From positions 5,040 through 69,039 of the forward strand of contig UREK01000010.1 of assembly GCA_900546845.1 (NCBI GenBank): 64,000 nt of DNA. Direction: 5' to 3'. The notes beneath the pieces are model-generated. The model saw only the letters and a program-made list of their open reading frames with translations, was not told the origin of the DNA and searched no databases. Shown here piece after piece: positions 1 through 10,092 of the stretch. The translations under genes were made by a program, and so were the position numbers. The DNA comes from an uncultured Eubacteriales bacterium (GTDB lineage Bacteria; Bacillota; Clostridia; Christensenellales; CAG-138). Every line of letters begins with the position of its first letter. Position 1 is the first letter of the stretch.

Positions 1-743
1 AGCCTGCGCCCGCCGGGGCGGAAAAACCGGTCGAGCGCGCCGCGTATGCCGGAGGAAGCGTCCTTCCCGTCCTGGGAAAGCGAGGAAAAGACGGGCAGGG
101 GGAACGCGCCGAGCCCGCGGAGCGCCTCAAGCAGCGCATCCACGGCTTTCGTGTTGCCGCTTGCCACATAGCTCCGGTGCACGATGACGCCGACCACGGG
201 CTTCCCGCTTGCCCGGGCCCGCTCCAGGTATTCCGCTTCCTCCGCCGCGCCGGGCATGCTGCCAGGCTGATAGATCCCGCTCGATGGCAGTTCCGCATAA
301 GGCGCCGCGGCGGGGCCCGCGCCAAAGAATTCGTTTGCCGCGCGCAGCAGCATATTGTATACGTTTTCCTCCGTAGGCCGGGAGAAATAATCGTTGAGCG
401 CAGCATAGCGCGCTGCGTTCACGCCCGATTGCGGCGCAAGCTCGGCGATTTCCTCCGGCAGGGAGGATACGAAGAAGCACGGCGCATGGGCGCTCACCGC
501 CTGCCAGAAAGACGAGAAATCCGGCAGGTTCTGGCATCCCCCGTGGAAATATACCACGGCGAAATCGCATGTGCGGGCAAGCTCCATGAGGCGCTCGCGC
601 TGTTCGGGCCGCATCCGCACCTCCATGGGCGAGAAGCACGCGCCGGAAAAATCGCCCGGCGCTTCCGCAGCAAACCGCTTGAGCGCTTTTTGGAAATAGT
701 AATTCCTGTCGTCCGTGTCGATCAGGCACAAAAAATTAACCAT
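1..743 (-). CDS. CobN/ChlH-family chelatase large subunit, second paralog (5' part only; runs off the window start)
   Basis: Minus-strand frame absent from the ORF track because no stop occurs before the window edge. My translation is MVNFLCLIDTDDRNYYFQKALKRFAAEAPGDF...GKPVVGVIVHRSYVASGNTKAVDALLEALRGLGAFPLPVFSS. This parallels the N-terminus of the 1055-aa CobN-like ORF (RVLFVGNDLDT..., YVGMLCYRSRYLSGD...RGIGVIPAFT). The ATG at 743 sits behind AAGGGA and overlaps the radical SAM stop by 8 nt. The listed ORFs 127..729(-) and 177..767(+) are Arg-rich shadow frames. Confidence 0.6.
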   Translation of the reverse strand, partial: MVNFLCLIDTDDRNYYFQKALKRFAAEAPGDFSGACFSPMEVRMRPEQRERLMELARTCDFAVVYFHGGCQNLPDFSSFWQAVSAHAPCFFVSSLPEEIAELAPQSGVNAARYAALNDYFSRPTEENVYNMLLRAANEFFGAGPAAAPYAELPSSGIYQPGSMPGAAEEAEYLERARASGKPVVGVIVHRSYVASGNTKAVDALLEALRGLGAFPLPVFSSLSQDGKDASSGIRGALDRFFRPGGRR

Positions 744-1746
744 GCTTTTCCCTTTCGCAATCAATGAACGCCTGGTGCATCGCGCAGTCCCCGCGGTTCA
801 GCCCGCCGCAAGCCGCCCGGCCGGCGGGACAGCCGCCCCTGCAGAGCGGGAGATAGCGGCACCCCGCGCACGCGGCGTCCGGCAGGCATACGGACGGCTG
901 CGGCGCGCACAGCTCGCCCGCGATGTTGCCCATGCGGTATTCCGTAAGCCCTGTGAACGAGGAGCAGGGGTATACGTCCCCGTTGTAGTCCACGGCAAAG
1001 GACTCCCCCGTCCCGGCGTAGCAATAGCAGCCGCCGGTTATGCCGCGCTGCGCCATATAGCGCAGCTTCTCCACTTCTTTTATGCGCACGTCCGCGCCGA
1101 GGGCCTTCAATTCGGAAGCCCGGGCGGCCATGTGCGCAACGTCCGCCTTGAGCGAAGCATCCGGCGCAAAAGCGCCGCCCTTCCCGCGCCCGAGCGGGCG
1201 GAACATGTCGAGCCCCACGCCGCGGACGTTGCCGAGATAGGCCGCAAGGTCGATGAGCTCATGGAGCTTATGCTGGTTCACCCTTGTCACGACGGCGTTG
1301 AGGTTGCAGTGCACGCCCTGCGCGCCAAGCCGCTTGACGCCGGCCACCGCGTCCTGAAAGGCGGGCCTGCCGTCCGGGTAAACGCGCAGCGCGTTCGCCT
1401 CGGCCATGCCGTCCAGGCTCACGCCCACCGCGCAGTTCATGGCCTTGAGCGCCCGGCAGGCGGCTTCGCTCAGGAGCGTGCCGTTCGTTTGCACGGAAAA
1501 GGAGGCCGCGATCCCTTTCTGCCGGGCGTAGGCCGCGGCCTGCTCCATCAGATCGAGGCACAGCAGCGGCTCGCCCCCGGTGAACTGTATCTTCAGCTTC
1601 CCGCCCGCGCCCGCAAAGCGGTCTATCGCAAGCGCGGCGATGCCAAAGGGCATGTCGCTCTGTTTTGCACGCGCCGCATAGCAATAGCGGCAGGCCAGGT
1701 TGCAGCGCTCCGTGATGCGGAGCGTCAGGAGTTTTGCTTTTTCCAC
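736..1746 (-). CDS. radical SAM enzyme with C-terminal SPASM-type Cys-rich domain
   Basis: ORF 736..1788. It has CNLACRYCY (CxxxCxxC) near the N-terminus. The C-terminus reads GGCYCYAG...YPCSS...CAGCRYLPLCRGGCPA...C, typical of SPASM auxiliary clusters. Start trimmed to GTG 1746, 8 nt after GAGGAG. Confidence 0.85.
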   Translation of the reverse strand: MEKAKLLTLRITERCNLACRYCYAARAKQSDMPFGIAALAIDRFAGAGGKLKIQFTGGEPLLCLDLMEQAAAYARQKGIAASFSVQTNGTLLSEAACRALKAMNCAVGVSLDGMAEANALRVYPDGRPAFQDAVAGVKRLGAQGVHCNLNAVVTRVNQHKLHELIDLAAYLGNVRGVGLDMFRPLGRGKGGAFAPDASLKADVAHMAARASELKALGADVRIKEVEKLRYMAQRGITGGCYCYAGTGESFAVDYNGDVYPCSSFTGLTEYRMGNIAGELCAPQPSVCLPDAACAGCRYLPLCRGGCPAGRAACGGLNRGDCAMHQAFIDCEREKHG

Positions 1747-4700
1747 AGCCGTATCTCCTCGCCGGCCGCCTCGAGCCGCGCATGCCATTGCGCCACGGCC
1801 GCATCGGTAACGATGTCCACGCTGCCGCCCTGCACGTCGCCGCGGCCGCAGAGGCCGTCCTCCAGGCTTGCCTCATGCGCGAGATAGGCGCGCCGCAGCG
1901 CATGGAGCACATCACCTGCAGCGTTCCATTTGCCGCGGTCGTTGAGCTCCAGCAAGCGCCTTGCGCCCTCCTCGCCGGCGTAGGGGTTGTTCTCCGCGAA
2001 CCAACGGAGCGTCTCCGCATCGCAGGCATAGCTGCGCGCAAGCTCGTTGAGCGCCTCGTCCGAAAAGCTCCCGCCCATGCACTGCATGTCGAACACGTTC
2101 TCGATCCGGCACATGATCTCGGCGGCGCCGTCGTAGCCGCGCGCCATCATCCGCCGCTTCCAGTCCCCGTTGAGCAGCGTGGCCATAAGCCCATCATGAA
2201 GGTGCTCGCCGAGGGGTTTGACGCGCATGCCCTCCGCAGCGCTTTCGCCCATATAGGCGCGGACGGGCTTCTCCCGCCCCAGCAGGCTCTGCGCGGCCAG
2301 GGCATACCCGCCCTGTATGCGGGAGGAATAGCTGCTGTTGAGCGCATCCGTATGCCGGAGCGAGGTGATGCCGCAGGTGGCGTCCGTCAGCTTGACGGCG
2401 TTCAAAAAGTCGCCTACGCGCTTTTCGCCGTGCTTGTTCCTGCCGTAAACATAAGAGGAGGAATCCACAAAGTAGCGCGCCAGATCTTCTTCGCTTTTCC
2501 ACGCGCTCGCGGCGAGCGCAAGGCCAAGGCTGTTTGCGTAGGTGCCGGGCGCGCCGCCGAAGATCCGCGCGATGTCCGCGCCGCCCCCTTCGCGCATGGC
2601 TTCGCCGGTGTGCTTTGCCACATAGTTTTCCTCCGGCGGCTCGTCGAGCGCGGCCACGAGCGTCACGGCGTCGTCCAGCCGGTACAGCACGTCCGGCCAG
2701 GTGTCCCGCAGGATGCTCGATATGCGCACGGAAACGTCCATCCGCGGCCGGCCCAGCTCCGCAAGCGGGATGGGCGCAAGGCCCGTGACCACGCCGCGTT
2801 CATCCCATACGGGGCGCACGCCCAGCAGGCGCAGCATCTGGCTCATCTGCTCGCCGCCGGTGCGCGGGACGTCGAGCGAGATCATGTTGAGCGCGATCTG
2901 CTCGGGATACCTGCCCTCGTCCGCCAAAAACCGTTCGATGAGCGCCTCCGCCGCGCTGCTGCCGCGCGCGTAAGCCTCCTGTGTCGGGATGCGGCCGATC
3001 TCAATGCCATACATGTTTTTGCCCGTCTCAAACGGCATGTCCGCGGCGCTTCCGCCGCTTCCGGGCGGCACATACGCGCCGTTGAGCGCACCCACGGCCG
3101 ATGCGAGTTCATTTTCCCCGAGGATATGGAGCGCTTCCGCCTCCGGCGCATGGTCAATGATGACCGCGTAGCTGCGCCGCTTGGCGATGAGCGCAGAGGG
3201 GATGGATGCGGCGTTATATACATACAGGTTCGGCATGTCGCAGAGCGCCGCATCCGGGAAGCAGTCCCCGCTCAGCCCGTTCGCCTTGCCGGGCAGGAAT
3301 TCTAGGCTCCCGTGCGTACCCAGGTGCAGGCAGGCATCCGCGCCGAAAACGGCGCGCATGTACCAATACGTGGCCAGAAACTGGTGCGTGGGCGGGCAGG
3401 CCGGGTCCTGGAGGATCTTGCAGACCTCGCCCGTGCATTTTGCCCCATAGCAGCCGCGCTTGGGCTGGATCATCAAAAGGACGCTGCCGAAGCGGAGCCC
3501 CGTAATCACGAGCTTCCCATCGAGCGTCATGGCCTCGCCCGGAGGCGTGCCCCACTGGGCTTCCACCCTGGCGCGCGCGTCATCGCTCAGGCGGGAATAG
3601 AGCGCGGCGTATTCCTCCTGCGGCATATGGTACAGCGCCCCACCCGAGGCCGCGATGTCCTCAACGCTCGTCCAGCGGAAGTCGGAATACGCCTTCCGTT
3701 CCAGGAACATCGCGCGCAGCGCGTGGCCGTCCTCGGGCACGCCGCCCACCGCGTATCCTTCCGCCGCAAGCCGCTTGAGCAGGGCGGCGGCGCTTTCAAA
3801 CGCGTCAAGCCCCGCGGCCCGGCCAAGCGTCGCCTCCACACCGGAGCAGACGGCGTTGTTGAGCACGATGCAGAGCTTTTTCTCCGCGTTCGGCTTGCGC
3901 CGGAGCGCGATCCATGCAGCGGCGCGCCCGGTCAGCCGCTCCACCCGCTCAGCAATGGGGCGGTGCAGGCGGCGGTCCTCCGCGCCGCCGGTGAATATGG
4001 GCTCGATCATCCCGCTCATCTCAGGGATGTCGAACGCGAGTGCGGCGTCGTGCGAAAACGGGGCGTCCGCTTTGCGCCATTCCGCCTCGGTGAGGTAGCT
4101 GCTCTCGGCCGGGCGGATCACCGGGACGCCCATCTCCGCGTAGAGCTCCGCCGCGCGTTCAAACATGGACGCGCCGCTGCCGTCGCTCTGGCCGAAGAGC
4201 ACGGTGTTCACCAGCGCTTCGATCGCGGGTTTCCCGTTCAGATAGAAAAAACGGCGGACAGCCTGCTCCATGGAGAGCGCGCCCGCGTCGCCGGCCGAAC
4301 CGGCGGTGAACGCGGGGATCACGCCGATCCCGCGCCGGTTAAACGATTCCTTGATGCTGCGCTCAACCTCCAAGTCCCCGCTCAGATAGCGGCTACGGTA
4401 GCACAGCATGCCCACATATGCGCGGTAGCCGCGTTCCTCCTGCGCGAGGTATTCCTCCGGCGCGGCGTAAAATTGGCCGTTGAACGCGTAGATGCTGTCA
4501 AACGGGATGCGTTTGGGCTCCGGCGGGAGCGGCGCGCCAAAGAGCCTGCTCTGCGCAAGGCAGAGCAGATAGAAAAGGTTTTCCTCCCCGCCATATACGA
4601 AGTACTGGTTGCAAAGCGCGTTGTCTTCCGCAGAGAGGTTGGCGAACCCGGCAGCGATGTTTTCCACGCCGAGCGCGGCCACAAAGGGGATGCCAGCAAA

Positions 4701-4892
4701 GCGCCCCGCTGCGTCAAACCTGTCGTGATCCCCATGATCCCGCGCGACGAACGCGGCGTCTGCGTCAAGCAGTTTCTCCGGTGCATGGGCCGCCGCGCGC
4801 GATGAGAGGAAGCGCGCCTCCACGCCCGCCCGCTTTGCCGCCGCGCGCGTTGTGGGCGTATCGAGATCGTTCCCGACAAAAAGAACCCTCAC
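1725..4892 (-). CDS. CobN/ChlH-family chelatase large subunit (1055 aa)
   Basis: Long ORF with CobN/Mg-chelatase-like sequence throughout (e.g. HLGTHGSLEFLPGK, FGGAPGTYA, GYDGAAEI). The GTG start overlaps the ChlD-like stop (GTGA). Confidence 0.85.
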   Translation of the reverse strand: MRVLFVGNDLDTPTTRAAAKRAGVEARFLSSRAAAHAPEKLLDADAAFVARDHGDHDRFDAAGRFAGIPFVAALGVENIAAGFANLSAEDNALCNQYFVYGGEENLFYLLCLAQSRLFGAPLPPEPKRIPFDSIYAFNGQFYAAPEEYLAQEERGYRAYVGMLCYRSRYLSGDLEVERSIKESFNRRGIGVIPAFTAGSAGDAGALSMEQAVRRFFYLNGKPAIEALVNTVLFGQSDGSGASMFERAAELYAEMGVPVIRPAESSYLTEAEWRKADAPFSHDAALAFDIPEMSGMIEPIFTGGAEDRRLHRPIAERVERLTGRAAAWIALRRKPNAEKKLCIVLNNAVCSGVEATLGRAAGLDAFESAAALLKRLAAEGYAVGGVPEDGHALRAMFLERKAYSDFRWTSVEDIAASGGALYHMPQEEYAALYSRLSDDARARVEAQWGTPPGEAMTLDGKLVITGLRFGSVLLMIQPKRGCYGAKCTGEVCKILQDPACPPTHQFLATYWYMRAVFGADACLHLGTHGSLEFLPGKANGLSGDCFPDAALCDMPNLYVYNAASIPSALIAKRRSYAVIIDHAPEAEALHILGENELASAVGALNGAYVPPGSGGSAADMPFETGKNMYGIEIGRIPTQEAYARGSSAAEALIERFLADEGRYPEQIALNMISLDVPRTGGEQMSQMLRLLGVRPVWDERGVVTGLAPIPLAELGRPRMDVSVRISSILRDTWPDVLYRLDDAVTLVAALDEPPEENYVAKHTGEAMREGGGADIARIFGGAPGTYANSLGLALAASAWKSEEDLARYFVDSSSYVYGRNKHGEKRVGDFLNAVKLTDATCGITSLRHTDALNSSYSSRIQGGYALAAQSLLGREKPVRAYMGESAAEGMRVKPLGEHLHDGLMATLLNGDWKRRMMARGYDGAAEIMCRIENVFDMQCMGGSFSDEALNELARSYACDAETLRWFAENNPYAGEEGARRLLELNDRGKWNAAGDVLHALRRAYLAHEASLEDGLCGRGDVQGGSVDIVTDAAVAQWHARLEAAGEEIRLWKKQNS

Positions 4893-6814
4893 TTCGCTAT
4901 CCCTCCCGCAAGCTCCGCCATGTCCCCCCGCGTGAGGGAGACGATCCCCTTCAGCTGCGCGCTCCTCAGTTCATCCACCTTGAAATATGACGCGTTCAGG
5001 GCGAGCGCGATGCGCTCTGCCAGGTGGAAGGACAGGAAGTCCTTTTCCGTATCCACAACCACAGCCGGTATTTTTTCGTTTGAAAGGAGCCGCGCCGCCT
5101 TCAGCGCATCCTCCACCGGGTCGTCGCTCCAAAGGGGCGCGTTGGCCCTGCCGTCCGTCACGAGCACCACCATGGGCAGCATCTCTGGATCCTTCCTCCG
5201 CCGCGCGGCAAGCAGCTGCCACGCGCTGTAAAGCCCGTGCGCAAGCGGGGTCCGGCCGCCGGTGGGGAGCTGCTGGAGCTGCTTCTCGGCAAGGTCGACG
5301 CTGGAGGTTATGTTCAAAAGCACCTCCGCGCCCCCCTTGCGGAAGGCGATGAGGCCGATCTTGTCACGCTTTTGGTAGGAGTCCATGAGCATCGAGAGCA
5401 CGGCCTCCTTCGTGGCCTTCATGCGCTTGTTCGCGCCCATCGAGCCGCTCGCGTCCACGACGAAAACGATCGTTGCCCCCGTATGGCTTTCCTTCTTCTT
5501 GTAGCGCAGGTCCGCTTCCTCGATCGCCACGGCGCAGCCATGCTTTTCGCGCCATTTCTGGTAGGGGGCCGCCGCACGCAGCGTCGCGTCAAAGGCGACG
5601 TCCGTCCGGCCCTTTCCCTTTTGCAGCGCGAAGCCGGCATAGCGCCCCTTGTTGGCGCTGCTCGCCGTCTTCTGCCTGTGGCCCGCGCCCTTTCTCGCCC
5701 TGCGGTCGCGCAGGGGGGCGGGCAGCGCGACGACGTCGTAGATCTCCTCTCCGGCAACCAGGTCCTCCGGCGCGTCGGCGGGGGCGCTGTTCTCGCGCTG
5801 CGCGTCGATCTCATCCTCGCCGCCTTCCGGGGAGCTGCCGTCGTCGTGCGCTTCCGTGCGCTCCTGCTCCGCCTGCGGCGGCACGCCGCCCTTTTCCGGC
5901 GCATCGTCCGGGTTTCCCGTTTCGGGTTCCGTCTCGCGCTGGCCGCGCTCGGGCTGCTCCTCGGGCGCGGCCTCCCTGCGCCGGTGCGGCATCACGAACT
6001 CCGCCGCTTCCTTGATGTCGCCGATGGCCACGTTCCGCCTGCCGTCAAGCGCCGCGAGCGCCGCGGCCGTCTTTATGAGCAGCAGCTCGCAGCGGTTCCC
6101 CTCGGCGTGCGCGTTCCGCGCGAATTGGGCCGCTATTTTGCGCGCGCTCTCCTCGATCTTCACTTCCGGCAGCAGCCTGGCCGCACGCGCCACCGCATCC
6201 GCAAGGCGTTGGTTCGCGGCCGCATATGCGCGGCAAAAGCCCGCCCGGTCGCGCTCATAGGCCAGCCTCCGGCGGATGATTTCGGCGCGCTTGAGCACAT
6301 CCGTTTCACCTGCCACGTTCACATAGAGGCCAAATTTGTCGAGCAGCTGCGGCCGCAGGCCGCCTTCCTCCGGGTTCATAGAACCCACGAGGATGAAGCG
6401 GCATTCGTGGCGCAGGGAAATCCCCTCACGCTCCACGATGTTTTCGCCCAAAGCGGCGGCGCATAGCACGGCCGCGGCCATGGAATCCGGCAGCAGGTTC
6501 ACCTCGTCCACATACAATATATTGCCGTCGGCGCGCGCGAGCACCCCGCCGCTGAAGCGCCGCGCGCCGTCCTCTATCGTGCGCGTGAAATCCACCCCGC
6601 CCACGAGCATATCCTCAGTGGCGTTGAGCGGAAGCTCCACGAGCTTTTTTTCGCACAGCTGCCCGAGCGCCCGCACGATGGTGGACTTTGCCGTCCCCTT
6701 CTGCCCGCACAGCAGCACGCCGCCGATGGACGGGTCGACGAGGTTCAGCAGGAGCGCCCGCTTCGCTTTTTCCTGGCCGACGATCGCGGCAAAGGGGTAG
6801 CAGAAGTCACGCAT
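4889..6814 (-). CDS. ChlD/BchD-like chelatase subunit (AAA+ N-domain, acidic/Pro-rich linker, C-terminal vWA)
   Basis: N-terminus is [39 protein letters not shown] Glu/Pro-rich linker follows. The vWA/MIDAS motif is IVFVVDASGSMG. Overlaps the ChlI-like gene by 8 nt. Confidence 0.85.
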   Translation of the reverse strand: MRDFCYPFAAIVGQEKAKRALLLNLVDPSIGGVLLCGQKGTAKSTIVRALGQLCEKKLVELPLNATEDMLVGGVDFTRTIEDGARRFSGGVLARADGNILYVDEVNLLPDSMAAAVLCAAALGENIVEREGISLRHECRFILVGSMNPEEGGLRPQLLDKFGLYVNVAGETDVLKRAEIIRRRLAYERDRAGFCRAYAAANQRLADAVARAARLLPEVKIEESARKIAAQFARNAHAEGNRCELLLIKTAAALAALDGRRNVAIGDIKEAAEFVMPHRRREAAPEEQPERGQRETEPETGNPDDAPEKGGVPPQAEQERTEAHDDGSSPEGGEDEIDAQRENSAPADAPEDLVAGEEIYDVVALPAPLRDRRARKGAGHRQKTASSANKGRYAGFALQKGKGRTDVAFDATLRAAAPYQKWREKHGCAVAIEEADLRYKKKESHTGATIVFVVDASGSMGANKRMKATKEAVLSMLMDSYQKRDKIGLIAFRKGGAEVLLNITSSVDLAEKQLQQLPTGGRTPLAHGLYSAWQLLAARRRKDPEMLPMVVLVTDGRANAPLWSDDPVEDALKAARLLSNEKIPAVVVDTEKDFLSFHLAERIALALNASYFKVDELRSAQLKGIVSLTRGDMAELAGGIAK

Positions 6815-7820
6815 CGAGCATTGCCTCCCAATCCGGGGGAAGGCCGTTTGTCACGTCAAACGGCGTGCGCCTGAGCCGGTGCGGCAGCACCAGCGGCGCG
6901 GCCGCGACGATGTGGGAACGCGCTACGCTTTCGTCGCCGTAAAACGCCGCGAGCGTTTCTGCCGTTTTCAGCAGGGTGATGTCCGCCCTGTGGCCGTCCA
7001 CACCGAGCGCCGCGCCTATTTTGGCGGCGAGCAGATACATATCGTCGCCGGTCTTTACGCCGGGGAGCGCGTCCTGCGCGCGCTTTATGCGCGCCTTGAG
7101 CGCATTTTCTTCGCCCTGCCATTTAGCGGCGAAGGCTTCCGGATCGCGCTCAAACGCGAGCCGCCGCTTTATGAGCTCGCTGCGCAGCGCAATATCCTTC
7201 TCGCCGTGTATTTCCACCACGAGGCCAAACCGGTCGAGCAGCTGCGGCCGCAGGTCGCCCTCTTCGGGGTTCATCGTGCCGATCAGCACGAACCGCGCCG
7301 GATGGCTGAAGGATACGCCCTCGCGCTCCACGGTGTTTACCCCCATGGCGGCTGAATCGAGCAGGATGTCCACGATGTGGTCATCGAGCAGGTTGATCTC
7401 GTCCACATAGAGGATATTGCCGTTCGCCTCCGCGAGGATGCCCGGCTCGAACTCCTTTTCGCCCTGCTTGATGGCCTTTTCCATGTTCAGCGCGCCGACG
7501 ACCCGGTCCTCCGTGGCGCTGATGGGCAGCTCCACCACCCGGCGCGTATAACGCTCTTTTTCCAAGGCCGCTTTCGCCTTGCACGCGTCGCACAGCAGCG
7601 CGGGCTCGTCCACCCGGCAATGGAAGCGGCAGCCCTTTGAAACCTCCACCTCGTCCATCAGCGCGCAGAGGCCGCGCACGGCCGTGGACTTTGCCGTGCC
7701 CTTTTCCCCGCGGATCAGCACGCCGCCGAGGGCGGGGTTTATCAGGTTTAAGATCAGGGCGAGCTTCATGCTTTCCTGCCCCACAATAGCGGTGAACGGA
7801 TAAACGGCCTTTTCCTTCAT
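6807..7820 (-). CDS. ChlI/BchI-like AAA+ chelatase subunit
   Basis: Motifs [40 protein letters not shown] and [16 protein letters not shown]...[19 protein letters not shown]. The ATG at 7820 overlaps the ABC ATPase stop (ATGA), with AAGGAG upstream. Confidence 0.9.
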   Translation of the reverse strand: MKEKAVYPFTAIVGQESMKLALILNLINPALGGVLIRGEKGTAKSTAVRGLCALMDEVEVSKGCRFHCRVDEPALLCDACKAKAALEKERYTRRVVELPISATEDRVVGALNMEKAIKQGEKEFEPGILAEANGNILYVDEINLLDDHIVDILLDSAAMGVNTVEREGVSFSHPARFVLIGTMNPEEGDLRPQLLDRFGLVVEIHGEKDIALRSELIKRRLAFERDPEAFAAKWQGEENALKARIKRAQDALPGVKTGDDMYLLAAKIGAALGVDGHRADITLLKTAETLAAFYGDESVARSHIVAAAPLVLPHRLRRTPFDVTNGLPPDWEAMLDA

Positions 7821-8968
7821 ACGATCTCCTTTTTGCACGGCGCCGGCGCCGTGATGGTTTCTATTAGTTCCGCAGCGGACGCTGCGCGCGGTTTTTTAAG
7901 CGAATCCGCGTATTCTATGAGCGTGCGCTGGAATTGGTTGTATTCGCCTATGTCGACTCCAGCGTTGAGGAAGTATCCCGCCCGCGCGATGAGCGCCTTG
8001 GCGCGCCGGATGGCGTCTTCCTCTACGGGGCGGAACGCGGGGGTGCACACCACATCGGCGGAAAGCGCGCGCGCCACCTGGTAATCGATGTCGTTGTCGA
8101 ACAGGATCCCGCATGCAAACGGGATCTTGTGCTTTTGCAGCAGCCGGAAGGCCGGGATGCCCTTGCCGCCTCCGGAGAGCACGAACACCTCGGGTTCCCC
8201 GCAGGGCGCGGTCAGCTCGATGCTGCCAAACAGCGTGTTGAACGAACCGCTCTCCATGTCGTAGAGCGAGGTGATCAGCTCGTCAGTGAACACTTCTTCG
8301 GGCGTGCCGCAGATCTCAATCCTGTCGCCCTTGACGCATATGACCTGGTCGGAGATCTTTGCGGCGAGGTCGATTTCATGGAGGGACATTACTACCGCCA
8401 CGTTTTTTTCGCTGGCCATTTTGCGCAGGATGTCCAGCAGTTCGACCTTGTGGCGGATGTCGAGGTACGAGGTCGGCTCGTCCAGTACGATGATGGTCGG
8501 CTGCTGGCAGATCGCGCGGGCCAGCATGATGCGCTGGCGCTGCCCGTCGCTTATGTCCGAAAACGGGCGGTCCGCCAGCTCTGTTGCCCGCACCATGGCG
8601 AGCGATTCGTCCACGACGGCCTTGTCCGCGCGGGTCAGCTTGCCGAAGTGGTTGGTATAAGGATAGCGTCCCATGGCGACCACCTGCGAGCAGGTCATAA
8701 GCTCGGGGTCTATGCGCTCGGTCAGCATGACGGAGAGCTGCTTGGCAAGCTCCTTGTTGGACCACTTCCCGATGTTGTTCCGGTCGATGCTCACCACGCC
8801 CGCGATCTTTTCCAGGTGCCGCGTGATGGTCTTGAGGATGGTCGATTTGCCGCTGCCGTTGGGGCCGATGAGCGTCAATATGCTGCCGCGTTCCACCGCG
8901 ATGTTGATGTCGTGGATCAGCACCTGGCCGGCATAGCCGACCGACAGGTTCTCAGTTTCAAAATACAT
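7817..8968 (-). CDS. ABC transporter ATP-binding protein (FepC/BtuD type) with extra C-terminal domain of about 125 aa
   Basis: Walker A GPNGSGKST, signature SDGQRQR and Walker B IIVLDEPTS. AGGAGG lies 8 nt before the ATG. The protein continues about 125 aa beyond the usual ABC cassette. Confidence 0.9.
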   Translation of the reverse strand: MYFETENLSVGYAGQVLIHDINIAVERGSILTLIGPNGSGKSTILKTITRHLEKIAGVVSIDRNNIGKWSNKELAKQLSVMLTERIDPELMTCSQVVAMGRYPYTNHFGKLTRADKAVVDESLAMVRATELADRPFSDISDGQRQRIMLARAICQQPTIIVLDEPTSYLDIRHKVELLDILRKMASEKNVAVVMSLHEIDLAAKISDQVICVKGDRIEICGTPEEVFTDELITSLYDMESGSFNTLFGSIELTAPCGEPEVFVLSGGGKGIPAFRLLQKHKIPFACGILFDNDIDYQVARALSADVVCTPAFRPVEEDAIRRAKALIARAGYFLNAGVDIGEYNQFQRTLIEYADSLKKPRAASAAELIETITAPAPCKKEIV

Positions 8969-8980
8969 TGCATATGCCTC

Positions 8981-10012
8981 CTAACCCTGCTTTTGCCTGC
9001 GCTTGACCATCATGCTGATCACGATCGGCGCGCCGAAGGCCGAGGTTACTGTGCCGATTGCAAGCTCCGTGGGCGCAAAGGCCGTGCGTGCGATCAGGTC
9101 GCAGAACATGCAGAACACCGCGCCGCACAGGAATGCCGTGGGGATTATGATGATCGGCTTGGAGGACTTCATCAGGAATTTTGCGATCTGCGGCACGGCG
9201 ATGCCGACAAAGGAGATCGGCCCCGCGAAGGCCGTGACACAGGCGGACAGGACGCTCGAAAGCACGATGAGCGCGATGCGGAAAAGCCGTATGTTAATGC
9301 CCATGCTCTTGGCGTAGCCCTCGCCCAGCTGATAAGCGTCCATCGGCTTTGAGATGAGCAGCGAGAGCAAAAGCCCCGCGGCGACGACAGCCGATATGAT
9401 GCCGAGCGTACTCCATGCCGCGCCGGAAAAGCTGCCCATCGACCAGGAGGTGAGGTTTGCGATGTCGCTGTCCTCCGCGAAGGCAATGCAGAAATCCGTT
9501 ACGGCGGAGCATACATAGCCGATCATGATGCCGATCACGAGCAGTATGGACATATTCTTCGCCTTATGCGAGAAAAGCAGCACGACCCCCATGATGAGAA
9601 GCGAGCCGACAAATGCCGAGAATACCAACAGATACGGGTGTATCTTCCCATATGAGCCCACGATGAATATGATCACAAAGCTCACGCACATCTTTGCGCC
9701 CGAGGATATGCCGAGCACGAAGGGCCCCGCAATGGGGTTGCGGAAAAACGTCTGGAGCAGGAAGCCCGACACGGCCAGCGCGCCGCCAAGCACAGCGGCC
9801 GTTAAGAGCCTGGGCAGGCGTATGCTCCAGACGATTTTGCTTTCCACGCCGTCGGGGTCGGGATTCTTCAATATGATTTCAAGTATTTTAAGGGGCGTTA
9901 TATTCACGGAGCCCGTATTGACGTTAAGTACGATGCCGATCAATATCAGAATCAACAGCCCCAGGATCACCGCCTGGTAGCGCGCTAATTGGAGGAAGCG
10001 TGTTTTATTCAT
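8981..10012 (-). CDS. FecCD-family ABC permease (iron-siderophore/cobalamin type)
   Basis: Multi-TM ORF with FecCD-like segments (RLPRLLTAAVLGGALAVSGFLLQTFFRNPIAGPFVLGISSGA). Confidence 0.9.
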   Translation of the reverse strand: MNKTRFLQLARYQAVILGLLILILIGIVLNVNTGSVNITPLKILEIILKNPDPDGVESKIVWSIRLPRLLTAAVLGGALAVSGFLLQTFFRNPIAGPFVLGISSGAKMCVSFVIIFIVGSYGKIHPYLLVFSAFVGSLLIMGVVLLFSHKAKNMSILLVIGIMIGYVCSAVTDFCIAFAEDSDIANLTSWSMGSFSGAAWSTLGIISAVVAAGLLLSLLISKPMDAYQLGEGYAKSMGINIRLFRIALIVLSSVLSACVTAFAGPISFVGIAVPQIAKFLMKSSKPIIIIPTAFLCGAVFCMFCDLIARTAFAPTELAIGTVTSAFGAPIVISMMVKRRQKQG

Positions 10013-10028
10013 TCTTTTTCCCTTCTTT

Positions 10029-10057
10029 CCCCGCCGGGCATGTGCCGCCCGGCGGGG
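10029..10057 (-). other. 11-bp GC hairpin between the binding-protein and permease genes
   Basis: CCCCGCCGGGC-atgtgcc-GCCCGGCGGGG with no U-tract. Typical of an intra-operon stabiliser or partial terminator after a solute-binding-protein gene. Confidence 0.6.
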
Positions 10058-10092
10058 AAAGCGTCGTCAGTCAGTCGGTCAGGCAGGGAGGC

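Noticed and set aside
127-767. ORFs 127..729 (minus) and 177..767 (plus) from the track.
   Set aside because: Both translate to Arg-rich nonsense. A third, unlisted minus-strand frame gives a CobN-like protein and is preferred.
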